Assembly (NCBI RefSeq): GCF_001194135.2
Contig: NC_069000.1
Span: forward strand, 30,922,792-30,961,549
DNA: 38,758 bases
Origin: Octopus bimaculoides
Taxonomy: Eukaryota
Direction: 5' to 3'
Below, one piece after another: positions 11,701-24,940 of this stretch; positions within the stretch are counted from its first letter, which is position 1; the number at the start of each line of letters is the position of its first letter. The translations under genes were made by a program, and so were the position numbers. The notes beneath the pieces are model-generated. The model worked only from the letters and a program-made list of their open reading frames with translations, searched no databases and was not told where the DNA came from.

Positions 11701-12099
11701 GCGCAAATAAAATAATTTCTAAGAATGAAACTCATTATCTCCTGCAATAATAGAGTAGATACTAAAATATATGAAGTTCTTTGCTTGTAAAGTAAACTTA
11801 AAATAACAAAACAAATATTTGTTTTGATCAAGTAAATGCGGTGAAAAATACAAGTTTTCCGCGAATAATGTTACACACGATCAATCATAGCAGACAAAAA
11901 CAACAAGAACAAAGACAACAACGCTCCCCCACCCACTAACTCACCCACCAAACACACACATACATAAAAACGACAAAAAAGAGGATATGTTGGTAGAAAT
12001 AAAGAAAAAAGAGTCAAGGTCATTTTCTGTAGCTGTCCTATTGTTGAAGATGTGTTATTGCTTATCCAAGAGACAATACATATCTAACGTGTATTGTTT

Positions 12100-12700
12100 C
12101 TTGAATAAGACAAAGTAAACAGAGTTGGAGTTTACATAAACTAGACGTGGTGCCAGTTTCATGGATAAAACAAATAGAAAAGAGGTGTGTAGGCATACAC
12201 TTGATAAGTTCTCAGAGAATGAGGAAGTGATCGCACTTGGGGGAATGCCAATACAAAGAGTTAGAGAGAGACCAAGGATAACTGACAAAATATTATTGTC
12301 AAGTGCAAACAGTAAAGTTTTAAGCAACCGTATTAACATCCCTAGAAGATAATAATGTGTCGCTAAAAAAAGAATTGGAGAAATTATCCAAATATAAATA
12401 TCGAGAAATAGAACCATTATGAGTGTGGGTGCTGAAAAGAGAAACAATTTAAAAAAAAATAAGTACATCGGAAATGACGAGAAAAAGATACAAAAATGTA
12501 ACCAAAGGCCCATGATTTGGAAATATACCTAACATGCAGAAATGAAAACTAATAGACACTGCACATATATTACATAAAGTATTTTTCAATGAATATAAAC
12601 AAGAATATCAAAACAAAACACAAAATCTACATGTACCCAAGGCACTCAAACAGCGATCGAAATTCTGTGTTACAAAAGAACAAATTAAAAGAAATATAAC
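12100..12700 (+). mobile_element. 3' fragment of an RLE-type LINE (endonuclease domain plus 3' UTR)
   Basis: HTLDKFSENEEVIALGGMPIQRVRE (compare HTPxKVxENxxxxILWDMPIxTDRE), then LEKLSKYKYREIE...LKRETI and LIDTAHILHKVF near 12545-12590. A UTR and an AAT/GAT/AAC tail follow to about 12860. Confidence 0.75.
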
Positions 12701-12919
12701 TGCTGAAAAAAAAAGCAAAAAAAACAATAATAGCAATGATGATGATGATGATGATGATGATGATAACAACAATAACAACAAAAACAACAACCACACTAAC
12801 AATGAAAAAATGATCAGAATAATAATAACAGCAACGAAAATAATAACAATAATACTACTGCTTTAAGAATAATTTAATGCAGGGCAATACAGAGACATGA
12901 AACAAAATACGAAAGCCAT

Positions 12920-12949
12920 ATATATACATATACATACATGCATACATAC

Positions 12950-13032
<83 letters not shown>

Positions 13033-13042
13033 TGTATGTACG

Positions 13043-13073
<31 letters not shown>

Positions 13074-13075
13074 GC
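12920..13075. repeat. Compound (CATA)n-(TA)n-(GA)n-(TA)n microsatellite
   Basis: Direct. Confidence 0.95.
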
Positions 13076-13156
13076 ATTTGTATGATTCGTGTCTATAACG
13101 TTATATGTAACTTGTATGTATGTATCTAAATATGTATACGCGTAGGTGTGTATATA

Positions 13157-14381
13157 CAGGATGGGCAGAGAGAACAGACGTTTTCGAAATAGCTTTTACT
13201 CAGCCCCAGCGGGAGGGACATATGTCCGACCTGATACCCTATCGTCCACGGGGCTGTGGACGATAGGGTATCGCGTGTTTGCCTACGACCAGTTACGTCT
13301 GTCACAGCAGTTCGGCGGGATTTTGGGCGCCACTTCAACAGTCACCGAAATCAGGCTGCACCCACCCGTAACACAATCTTCTCTTGGGTGAATGCACTTT
13401 GTACACAAGGTACACTAATGAATAGGAGACCTGTGAGGGCGCCACGAACGGTACGCATCCCGGAAACGTGGAACGAGTTAGACAAGCTGTGATACGGAGT
13501 CAGAATCCCTCTGCTCGGAGACATTCCACTGAACTTACACCAATAATCGATCAGTAAGATGTATTTTGATTGAAGACTTGCATTCCCACCCGTTCAAATT
13601 GGTCATTGGGCAACAGTTGAAACCATGGGACTATGCACAGCGGCGTAGCTTCGCATGTCAGATGGAAACAACTTTTGAGGCAAATGACAACCTCCATTTT
13701 GTTAATGTGTCACGAAGTTCATTTTCATTTGAATCAACAGAACTGTCGCTATTGGGCTCTTGGAAAATCCGAGAGAACCGCACAGCCCAAAAGCGAAGGT
13801 CTGGTGTGCTGTTGGAAAATCTGCTGTCATTTATTCCTTATATTTTTTAAGACAATAATAGAAATGTTCATACTATGAACTCCAAGTATTACATCGAGAT
13901 GATAAACATCTTCTTTGTGCTTGAATTACGAGGAAAACGATGCATATTCGACGTGTGTGGTTTCAGCAGGATGGGGCGACGGCCGTCAATGCCAGAGCAT
14001 CAATGGACGTTTTTAGCACTCTTTTGTGACCGCCGCATTTCCAGGTTTACTGACATTCCTTGGCCACCTCGGTCCCCTGATTTATCCATGTGCGACTATT
14101 TCTTGTGGGGAAAGCCTCCAGACACGTGTGTATGCGCATAAGCCCCGTACATTAAATGATTTGGTGGAAGATATTCGCGTGAAAGTCGCCCAAATCGACA
14201 GAGCAATGCAGGAGAGTGTGGAGGTCAACTTCCAAGAACATGATGGATGTTATTTTCCACACTTCATTTTGACAAATGATAATTCAATACAAACACGTTG
14301 ACGTCTATAAATTTTTTTTTCAGCTAAAATTAATGATTTTGTGAATTTTTCAAAAACGTCAGTCCTCTCTGCCTCTCACTG
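13157..14381 (+). mobile_element. Full-length, non-functional Tc1/mariner DNA transposon, DD41D (rosa)-like
   Basis: Left TIR TA|caggatgggcagagagaacagacgttttcgaaa; right TIR reverse complement TA|cagtgagaggcagagaggactgacgtttttgaaa; TA on both flanks. Transposase pieces: WTIGYRVFAYD, RAPRTVRIPE, HPFKL, CHEVHFHLNQQNCRYWA, WFQQDGATA, WPPRSPDLSMCDYFLWG, RVYAHKPRTLNDL. The second D (13970) and third D (14094) are 124 nt apart, which equals DD41D minus 2 nt. Confidence 0.93.
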
Positions 14382-14427
14382 TATATTATGTATATTTACA
14401 GATATTGAGAAGGAATATGTGCTTGCA

Positions 14428-14552
14428 TGTGTATGTGTGTCTGTGTGTTTGTGTGTGTGTGTATGTGTGTGTGTCTGTGTGTCTGTGTGTCTGTGTATGT
14501 GTGTATGTGTGTGTGCGTGTGTGTGTGTGTATGTGTGTGTGTGTGTGTTTGT
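14428..14552. repeat. Degenerate (GT)n microsatellite
   Basis: Direct. Confidence 0.95.
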
Positions 14553-15087
14553 GCCCAATGAAATAACGTCTTGTTATACTGTTTTGCGAAACACGTAATA
14601 ATCGTAGCATTGTTATAAATATCCACACTGCTCTTACATTAAGTTTCGCCTCATAATTACAAAACCAAGCGTACANNNNNNNNNNNNNNNNNNNNNNNNN
14701 NNNNNNNNNNNNNNNNNNNNNNNNNNNNNNNNNNNNNNNNNNNNNNNNNNNNNNNNNNNNNNNNNNNNNNNNNNNNNNNNNNNNNNNNNNNNNNNNNNNN
14801 NNNNNNNNNNNNNNNNNNNNNNNNNNNNNNNNNNNNNNNNNNNNNNNNNNNNNNNNNNNNNNNNNNNNNNNNNNNNNNNNNNNNNNNNNNNNNNNNNNNN
14901 NNNNNNNNNNNNNNNNNNNNNNNNNNNNNNNNNNNNNNNNNNNNNNNNNNNNNNNNNNNNNNNNNNNNNNNNNNNNNNNNNNNNNNNNNNNNNNNNNNNN
15001 NNNNNNNNNNNNNNNNNNNNNNNNNNNNNNNNNNNNNNNNNNNNNNNNNNNNNNNNNNNNNNNNNNNNNNNNNNNNNNNNNNNNNNN

Positions 15088-15152
<65 letters not shown>

Positions 15153-15644
15153 AACAAACAAACGCACACATACACACTCAGATGTGTTGATATCTGCATA
15201 TCAGGTATGTTATTTTGATATGAATAGAACAAAACCAACAACGTTTGCAACAATCCTCAGATTGGCGATTAATCGCACAAGAAAATATTTTTGAAGTAAG
15301 CGTCACACTTTTGCTATTTAGAAAATATAACGGATTGTAAAGTATTCATCCAAAAGTCAATTCAATGATGTTCTTCGTTCTTAAAACATGTTTTAGGCAT
15401 GTGGTTAATACCGCGAATGACTTTACAAATTATGTTGTCACGAACTTTCAGGATTTTCATTTAATATGGACGTTTTTTGTTTTATATTTGAAACACAGCA
15501 GTGTTAATAGATACGTATCAAGTGATTATTCTTTCGTTTTTATTATTGTAGTTTCCACTTCTATAAGCATATCGAACGTTTATACATATATTCCAGTGTG
15601 CGTACATATATATGTCTATACATATCCGAATGTAGGTACGAGTA

Positions 15645-15686
<42 letters not shown>

Positions 15687-16285
15687 NNNNNNNNNNNNNN
15701 NNNNNNNNNNNNNNNNNNNNNNNNNNNNNNNNNNNNNNNNNNNNNNNNNNNNNNNNNNNNNNNNNNNNNNNNNNNNNNNNNNNNNNNNNNNNNNNNNNNN
15801 NNNNNNNNNNNNNNNNNNNNNNNNNNNNNNNNNNNNNNNNNNNNNNNNNNNNNNNNNNNNNNNNNNNNNNNNNNNNNNNNNNNNNNNNNNNNNNNNNNNN
15901 NNNNNNNNNNNNNNNNNNNNNNNNNNNNNNNNNNNNNNNNNNNNNNNNNNNNNNNNNNNNNNNNNNNNNNNNNNNNNNNNNNNNNNNNNNNNNNNNNNNN
16001 NNNNNNNNNNNNNNNNNNNNNNNNNNNNNNNNNNNNNNNNNNNNNNNNNNNNNNNNNNNNNNNNNNNNNNNNNNNNNNNNNNNNNNNNNNNNNNNNNNNN
16101 NNNNNNNNNNNNNNNNNNNNNNNNNNNNNNNNNNNNNNNNNNNNNNNNNNNNNNNNNNNNNNNNNNNNNNNNNNNNNNNNNNNAATAGTATTCCCAAATC
16201 CACAACTCCTGGTGCTTCTGATAAATACGAATAAATATATATATACTCATGTTTTCAGCTTCATTTTCCTGCTTGCATCAACAGA

Positions 16286-16335
<50 letters not shown>

Positions 16336-16572
16336 TTCTATCTCTCTCTCTGTATATATATATATTTACACATACATACACACAATATATTGTACGATAC
16401 AAATAAGATGGTATTTTTTCGAACGTAGAATTGCCGATAGAACAGCAGAAACACTGAGTAAATTACCCTTACAAAACAGAAAAAACAAATGTTAGTTTGT
16501 TTATGTTGATATACACGTAGTTGTCCACTTAGGTAATTTGCGTCTAAATTTGTAAATAAATTTGTGAGCAGG

Positions 16573-16635
16573 CAGTTTATCTCAATGGTAAAGTACTCGG
16601 CCGTAGTCACAAGGGATATGAGTTCGAGTCCTATA
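16573..16635 (+). mobile_element. tRNA-like SINE head or tRNA pseudogene remnant
   Basis: A-box-like tatctcaatggtaaag and B-box gagttcgagtcc at tRNA spacing; no convincing cloverleaf. Confidence 0.45.
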
Positions 16636-17798
16636 TGTATGCATGTAAGTATGTTATCTGTAAAGTTGTCATCGAAACTACACAAGTTTACTCAATAATA
16701 TCTGGTCTACAGCAACATATTTCGCTTTGATGAAACTGTCAACTCAGGAAACCATCACATATAGTTTCGTGCTATGTACTGAAATTGACATAGTCTACAA
16801 CGCATACCATCATACATAAACCTACCATGTCAAAGTCAAATTTTCACTATTAGAAAATGCTGCGATTTCATTCTACCATCCAGCACACAAAACAAATATG
16901 AGGCTAATGATGGAAACTTTAAGTGGTTATTCAACAAGTTATAAACCTTATCAAAATAAATATATAGGAGATATTAGTGTGTGGGCAGCGCGCTCATTGC
17001 AGTTCGACACTGGAATCAAACGTGGTCCAATCAATGAATGATGTCTTGGTTTGGTTTTTGAATGCTATCAACAAAAATTAAATGAATATTCTAAAAATTG
17101 CGGAAAATCAATACAAATATTACCTCGAGAATAATTTCTTCATTGTACTAAGCAACGGCGAAATATCAAACAACCCATATAGACATCGAGAGTACAATGC
17201 ACTTAAGAACCAGTATCTCACATGGGGAACTTTTAGGGGTTCACTTGATCGCCAAGAATTGGCAGCCGCTTTTCTAGTATCTTTCTAAGGAATACAATGG
17301 AGATGGACGCTTTAGATAATAGAATCTGCGCTACACTATTCCTAGAAGAATACAATGGATAATTACAGCTTGAACGACCCTTCCCATTGATTTGCTTAAT
17401 GAATACTGGAGCTATAAACAATAGTAAAGAATGTATTATGATTTTTAAAAAAAATGTATTAGTTCTTTAGGTAATAGAACTGCCCATGAAAATCTCTGAG
17501 TAATGCTTTGTTAACGGAAATAGTTCAAATTATATACAACTAAACAGCTGAACAGACTATATATACATATATTAAGGTGCCTGTGTACGTGTGTGTGTGT
17601 GTGAATGTGTGTGTTGGTGTGCATAGTATAATTATTAGATGTATTAGTGCATACATATGTATGTATATGTGTATGTATGTATGTATGTATGTATGTATGC
17701 ATACATGCATACATGCATGGATGGTTGGATGGATGGATGGAAAATGAATGTGTATGTATTTAATAAAATAAGTGTGTGTGTGTATGAAGAGAGAGTGA

Positions 17799-17864
<66 letters not shown>

Positions 17865-18375
17865 AGGTTCTTTAGATTATAAATACTCTTATAATAATAA
17901 TGTGTGTGTGTGTGTGTGTGTGTATTAGCTACTGATTTTGCTGAATAATATATATCCAGGATTAGTATTAAAGTATACTGGCATTTAACTCACACCCGTG
18001 AATCTGTGAAAGCAATATGAGAACAATGGATTGCGTATGAGCTTCATATTTGCAGTTTAGCGGTTTTACTATTTCTACCTTGTTGAATATCATTAGATTT
18101 GTAGCAGATAAAGTAACATTGTCCCTACTATTCATATTTCATACAATGCATAAGCATCGCCTATTAGTTTGTTCGCGAATAAACGTCTAACATGATATAT
18201 GCGAAGATAATTACGAATTTATATTAACGTCAATGAAGTTGGACAACTGCGTTACATAACTATTTCACATGTAGCTAGAATTAACCACACGCATTTATAT
18301 ACCTACACACGCGCACGGGCGCATGCACACACGCATGCACACACAGACGCACGTGTGCACACAAGGAGGCAGAGA

Positions 18376-18478
18376 GGCAGAAGAAGAGAGGCAGAGGAAG
18401 AGAGGCAGAGGAAGAGAGGCAGAGGAAGAGAGGCAGAGGAAGAGTGGCAGAGGAAGAGAGGCAGAGGAAGAGAGGCAG
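18376..18478. repeat. 14-bp purine minisatellite (GGCAGAGGAAGAGA)n, about 7 units
   Basis: Direct tandem units; explains the SSSASLPLPLFLCL ORFs. Confidence 0.92.
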
Positions 18479-18774
18479 ACAGACAAAATGAAGATGTAGT
18501 GCCATCGAATAGAGCTACAANNNNNNNNNNNNNNNNNNNNNNNNNNNNNNNNNNNNNNNNNNNNNNNNNNNNNNNNNNNNNNNNNNNNNNNNNNNNNNNN
18601 NNNNNNNNNNNNNNNNNNNNNNNNNNNNNNNNNNNNNNNNNNNNNNNNNNNNNNNNNNNNNNNNNNNNNNNNNNNNNNNNNNNNNNNNNNNNNNNNNNNN
18701 NNNNNNNNNNNNNNNNNNNNNATAGCTTTGTAAAATCCCTTGGAAACTAAAAAGGCTGGAAGCTACCAACTATT

Positions 18775-18923
18775 CCACTGGTACTTAGCTTATAAACCCA
18801 GAAAGGATGAAAAGTAAAGTCGACCTCATCAGAATTTGAATTCAGAACATAAAGACGGATGAAATGCCGCTAAGCTTTTTTTTTTTTCCCGGCGTGCTAA
18901 CGGTCCTGCCAGCTCGCCGCCTT
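18775..18923 (-). mobile_element. SINE family A
   Basis: Minus strand aaggcggcgagctggcaggaccgttagcacgccggg...cttagcggcatttc...ttctgaattcaaattctgatgaggtcgactttacttttcatcctttc. Confidence 0.88.
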
Positions 18924-19671
18924 GAAGCTAAATCGTTTAGCTCCAGTTGCTTTACATACAACAGCATACTTAATTTCAAATTGAAGGAAAAGATCTGTGA
19001 AATTCATATGAAACACCACTTGGCATAGAACATGAAACACTCAAATATGTTATATGTGTCTAGTAAAGAGACAGACAACCAGTTAGCACACAATAAAACA
19101 TTAAATTTTTTAGACATACGTGACAAATGATGTATTTTTATAATTTATATGTTAAAATCGAATGACTATAATTTTGTGCAAAAGTAATATGGAAACGTAA
19201 AGAATTGTACCGAATGAACTATTGAGTTAAGGATGGCATTTAAGAAGTGTTTCAATCAAATCGATTATGTTTAATAAAGCTGAAATGATATACAGTGACA
19301 TTTAGGAAGATATAGATATGTTATCTATAAGCATAGACATAAAGACGTTTAAAAAAATAGCAAAATGATGTGGGTTTTTTTAAATGTTATTCAGTACAAT
19401 ATAAATTAAAATTAAAATATTATTAGAACGTTTTAAACAAGTGCAGCATTATTTATAATTGAGAAATCCGTGATGAGTAGCCCTTCACTTCTGTAAATGC
19501 AAATTACCATACAAATGTGGACATTTGTAATGTGAACTGTTTCCAGGGGATCTGTTAATGTTCTTTGAACACTATTGCAGGTCACTTGTTAATATAGGTT
19601 TTTATTAAAAATGTATATATCATTTTATTTTTATCAAGATGGGGAACTTGTGGACGTTTTCCCACAAAAAA

Positions 19672-19811
19672 AAGAAGAAGAAAAAGAAGAAGAAGAAGAA
19701 GAAGAAGAAGAAGAAGAAGAAGAAGAACAACAACAACAACAACAACAACAACAAAACATATACGGGCAGACATATAGATACATGGCTAGAGAGACAGACA
19801 GACAGACAGAC

Positions 19812-19864
<53 letters not shown>

Positions 19865-20030
19865 GATAGATAGATAGATGAGTCTGTCTGTATGTATGTA
19901 TGTATATATATATGTATATATCTATATGTGTATGTATGTAAGTATGAATGTATGTATGTATGTATGTATGTATGTATGTATGTGTGTAAGTCTGTATGCA
20001 TATATGTACGTATGTATGTATATTTGTATG
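19672..20030. repeat. Compound (GAA)n-(CAA)n-(GACA)n-(GATA)n-(TATG)n microsatellite block
   Basis: Direct. Confidence 0.95.
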
Positions 20031-20149
20031 ATACGAAACAAAAATCTCAACATATCTGGGACAGTATTGTGCATGTATTGTCCACTCACAGAGTAACGTA
20101 ACATTCACATCTGAACAATGGCGCATGAGGCTAACATTCTCGGCGGAAA

Positions 20150-20240
20150 TTATAATCGATTAAATGAACGTCATTGTTTGACCGGAATCTAGTTTATCGA
20201 CCCTGGAAGGATGAAATATAAATTTGTTCCCACGACTAGG
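20150..20240 (-). mobile_element. Diverged SINE family A fragment
   Basis: Plus strand tttatcgaccctggaaggatgaaa is the reverse complement of the tttcatcctt...ggtcgataaa middle domain. Confidence 0.5.
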
Positions 20241-20439
20241 TGAAAGTTATTATATACGGCGGAACATTTCGTCCACTATATTACAGATTTACTCTCTCCA
20301 CTAGCTTACAATTAGGAAAATAATTATGAACAAATTATGAAAGCAGATAGATTTGTGATTGGATTAGAAGAGAAAAGGAAAGCGAGGAAATAGAATCAGT
20401 CGCAGAGAGAGAGCGATAAAGAGGCAGATGATATGAGAG

Positions 20440-20444
20440 GGAGA

Positions 20445-20508
<64 letters not shown>
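20440..20508. repeat. (GA)n microsatellite
   Basis: Direct. Confidence 0.95.
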
Positions 20509-20512
<4 letters not shown>

Positions 20513-21030
20513 AAGTAAGAGAAGGTTGTTTGCATTTGTGTGAATCTCGAAGACATTGCTTTAAAGGTCGAGTAAAAATGCTAATTTTGTTGTTTTCGTT
20601 CGGTTTGTTTTTCGCTATAAAAGTTTAAACAAATTAACAAATTTCCCCCAAAAGAACAACAAGAATACACACACTGTAAACATGTGAAATGTATTTGAAA
20701 GTACAAGGAAATTTAGCTTTCGTTTAACGTGACAAATCACATTTTATGATTCGGGAAATATGTGTGTGTCGTTCCAGTTGTAATTAGCCAGATACAAATG
20801 CTGGAGCATGCTCCACCCTCACCCCAACACTCCTAGCATTTTTTATTCGTTAAATGTTAACGAGTTTAAAATTTAATGACATTAAGATCAATTAAGAGCA
20901 TGTGGATGGATTATGGTGACAAATGAGTAATGGACAATGAAAAATATGCGGACACTTAATATATTTCGATGGTTTAGTCTTTTATTTAGAAGGATGCTGT
21001 TAAACCAAATACAGATTTTCAATACTTCAG

Positions 21031-21090
21031 GGAAAACGGAAAATTTGCCCTGGAGACACTTTGCTTATATTTCTGCCTTAGTGTTCTTTG
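21031..21090 (+). other. Candidate 60-nt symmetric exon (phase 1-1 frame: KTENLPWRHFAYISALVFF)
   Basis: Acceptor gattttcaatacttcag, donor TTG|GTATGT, length a multiple of 3. An alternative acceptor lies at 20989. No homology recognised. Confidence 0.25.
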
Positions 21091-21429
21091 GTATGTGTGA
21101 TAAATAAAGTACTTGGTTGTCTGTGTGTTTGAATTATATACCTGTGCATATGGGAGCGAATCAGAATTTATTTCAAAGGAGTTATGTATTCTCTGTGTGT
21201 GTGTGTGTGTGTGTTTCTTTAAATAACAGAGAGGTCACTTATTATAGTGTTAAGAACTGTAAAAGAAAGTAAATTTAGGAAGGTAGAATGGTGTATCTCA
21301 GACAATCGATTGGATTTGTGAGCATGTATATACGTTGACATTGTTAAACCACATTCCAGATCTGTGTGAGAAAATTTACGATCAAAAGCATTCCGGATAT
21401 GAACAACCCATCTTATATATAGGCTGCTG

Positions 21430-21495
21430 TTTAACCCCAGGTCAGCTCTGGTAAAGTAGAGAGGCCAATGATTAAAAGACATCCTAGTAATGAAC
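21430..21495 (+). repeat. Unclassified short interspersed repeat (related copies at about 27495-27575 minus and about 35955-36020 plus)
   Basis: Shared degenerate motif ttaacc.caggtcagc...tgat.aaag.cat.c.ag..atga.cat. Confidence 0.35.
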
Positions 21496-24400
21496 ATACT
21501 ATCTTTTCTTAACGAACAGTGTACCTCGAACAGTAGATACCTTGCTAAGGAGAGGGTAACTTGTATGTAACTTTTTACAGGCCTCTATACATAACTGACG
21601 AATGCTTTCTAGTTTTGAAATACATTCTATCTATCTAACATTCATCCGGTTTCTTTGATTCAGATGAAGAGTAGTGCTTCCTGGGTCTAGACCTACGCTA
21701 AAAATAGAATTTTCACAAAAATAATTAAATCGATAAACATTATTGACCACACATACGTAACGTATAGGACTCGTTTATTTGCCGGCAGGCTGCGATTTAG
21801 TCTGGTGTAGATTATTCTATGAAGGAGGAAGGGTTTTAAAACACCTACACCGGCTCTTTCAGAGAGTAATCTCCACCGCGCTATTTGCAACTTAGCGACA
21901 AATACGCATAAAAAGTAATTTAAGTATGTGTAGTTGAAAATTCTTATTACACTAGCGTTGCTTCTATTTCATATTCGAATTAAAATGGATATTATCACGA
22001 GTATATTTTTGTCATTTATTTTAGAATTAAAACATGCAGATAAGAGTGCGTTGTTCGCCACAAGATTCCGAAATACCAATCACTCGTCTAGAGCATTCTT
22101 AACGGCGAGATTGACAAAAGGGTGACTAACTGGATACAAAGAACTTCGTTTAAAAAGTACCATTTTATCAATTTTTAAACAAAATTGTTCATCTGTCACC
22201 TTTGTTTATATTGAAAACTGATTTTAACCACTGGACAATGCAACACACATACACACATACACACACACACATATCGTGAACCATCTCCGAGATGGTAACT
22301 AATGAAACCTTTCCACACGAACGATATCAATTTTAATAATTTTAACGTTTGTGACCATCTGATCGTGAGGGCTGAGTGTCATTTCCTTTACGTAATTTGC
22401 ATTACATTGTCAATTATTTCCTTACACTAATGAAACGTACGTAAGATAATATAATTGAATATCTTATAACCAATCTCTTATGTTCTATTTTCTTTTATAC
22501 ATATAAAGACCTGAAATGTGAAACTCGGTGTAAAAGTTAGAGAAGTTGTTTGCTTAAATTAAACAAATAACTACCCATACCATATTGAGTACTCTTTTTC
22601 TCTTTCTGGCTCACGTAATGTTCTATTTCACACCACATAGGTAAATACACATTCAGACACACGATAAATACCACTACATGTATATCTTGTACACAGACCA
22701 GAATTAGATGAAGGTACAAAGTATCCATACAGCGTAAATTAAATTTTTGGTTTGTGTTTAAGCTGAACTGAATTTTGACACTTTAAGTCCCTTCGCTAGC
22801 ACTTTCTCTCTTTCACTTTCTCACTCTGATTTTTACTATTTCTGTTTAATTCCTTCCTCTCCAGCTTCTCTCTCTTTCTTTCTCCTCCCACTTAACTCTT
22901 GCTATTTCGTTCCTTCATTCTTTCGCTATTTCTTAACTCATCTTAAGTGAAACAGAACAAACTTCCATGTTTACAATGCTAAACTCTGGAACTTCGAAAC
23001 ATTCAATTTCAAAGTGAAACTTTGAAAATTAGGCAACGAAGAAAGAGCTTGGAGTGTAGTTTGCAGAGTGTCAGAGTGATATTTACAGAAGGGGATAAGT
23101 GGTTATGTGTCGTGAGATAATCAATAACTTTGTCACTTAAAAGCAGTAACACACGAAGATTAAATCAGTTTAGCAATATAGACTTTCGTCTATTCTTATT
23201 TTTTTAAAACAGTTATACACTCATCATCTGTCATGCAAAAGCTGTAGTAAATATCTCCGGCAAAATGCTGCATAGCGGGATCCAAACAGGTATCATTTAT
23301 TTGATTGTGACCAACTAGATAGGTGGCATATGCTTGTCTTGATGTCCGGGTGCAATTAATTAATATTTTCGCGTTCATTAAATATTTCCTACCAAGTTTC
23401 ACATTCACTTTCATTCCTCTGCGATGAAGTAATTACTAGTATGGGAATCAAGGTTGATAAAATCGACTGTTGTTTCTACCAAAATGTTAAGCCCTATGCC
23501 TCGGATTTAAAAACGGTTATGTTTCACTATACATTTACACGCATGTATATGTATGCTGTCTTTCGTTTTTAGTTATATAAATTCTTCTTTTGAAGAAGGA
23601 GTTACTTTCTAACAAAGATACAAAACAGCATCGTCAGAATGTATATAAGGAAAACAATTCAACCCAAGAAAACTCTTGCATAATTTTACTGTTCCATTTA
23701 TACTTAGTATTTATAATATGCAAGTCATTTGGTCGATTGTATGTTTGGATGCATGGATGTATGTATATAGGTCGGTTGCTAGGTAAGTAGTTAAATAAGT
23801 TGGTATCTGTATGTATGTGTACGTGTGCGTAAGCATATACATATATATGTACATTTTATACATGTACATTTTATATATGTACGCATATACATTCTTACAC
23901 GCATGTATGTAGGTTGGTAGGTAATATGCACGTGTATGTGCGTATAGTTGCGTTTATCTGTACATGTGTGTAGTTGAAATTTTATCTTCATGAGATGGAT
24001 CGTGGTGTTTTGCTTTTTCTCTTTCAACGATTGTATTCAAATCCATTTTCAATTGAAAGTTATTACATAAAACATTGTATTCCAATCTCAGCGATTTCCT
24101 ATTTCACTATCCAAACGATTGGGAAACTTAAATGGAAATACATTGTAATATGAATATACGTGCACAGTATTCGCACGCACATATATCTCTATATACATAT
24201 AAATCTAAAAATAAAGCAGATATGTATAGACATACATAAATATTTGTACGTAGATAAACGGACAGATATATATTTTTATGTATATGTTTGTATATAATAT
24301 GTGTATAAATGTGTATATGTATATATATATATATATATACATATACATACATACACATGCACACACGTATACACACAGACATACGCACACACAAACATAC

Positions 24401-24902
24401 ATGCATACATATATATATTGCATTCCACTTTCCACACAAGTATCGAAGCAATGTCTTGTCATGACGATTGCATAGGTGAGGGATATCAGACGTTTTTCGA
24501 TCACGTAAAAAATTTTCTACTGTAAACATTATATTTTTTAATATACATTTTAAATTAATCTTACTTTTCGTATAGGTTCTTGAAATAAGAATTTACTTTA
24601 GTTTAGTAAATCCCGCATATGTAAATTTCTGTGACATGTTGCTCAGCTTCTCATCTTGTGTGATTCTCCCCCCTTTTTATATNNNNNNNNNNNNNNNNNN
24701 NNNNNNNNNNNNNNNNNNNNNNNNNNNNNNNNNNNNNNNNNNNNNNNNNNNNNNNNNNNNNNNNNNNNNNNNNNNNNNNNNNNNNNNNNNNNNNNNNNNN
24801 NNNNNNNNNNNNNNNNNNNNNNNNNNNNNNNNNNNCATACACATATATGGATATATATGTATATATATATAGATACACATATATGGAGATATATATATAT
24901 AC

Positions 24903-24940
<38 letters not shown>

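Noticed and set aside
12055-12513. 152-aa hydrophobic minus-strand ORF
   Set aside because: It is the antisense read of a purine-rich decayed LINE endonuclease fragment on the plus strand.
15182-15204. 23-nt micro-exon candidate ending CAG|GTATGT
   Set aside because: The acceptor is only a CA microsatellite with no pyrimidine tract.
16700-17420. Possible decayed DNA-transposon coding sequence
   Set aside because: Only vague fragments (FDETVNSGNHHI); no TIRs or ordered catalytic motifs.
18056-18112. 57-nt phase 0-0 exon candidate FSGFTISTLLNIIRFVADK
   Set aside because: Weak donor (AAA|GTAACA) and no similarity; expected by chance in AT-rich DNA.
18355-18520. Arg/Glu-rich ORF
   Set aside because: Translation of the 14-bp minisatellite.
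22278-22292. ccatctc-c-gagatgg palindrome
   Set aside because: Isolated 7-bp stem with no context.
24441-24475. 35-nt exon candidate IEAMSCHDDCI with AG|GTGAGG donor
   Set aside because: It is phase-incompatible with the 23213 candidate except via a stop, is very short, and has no other support.
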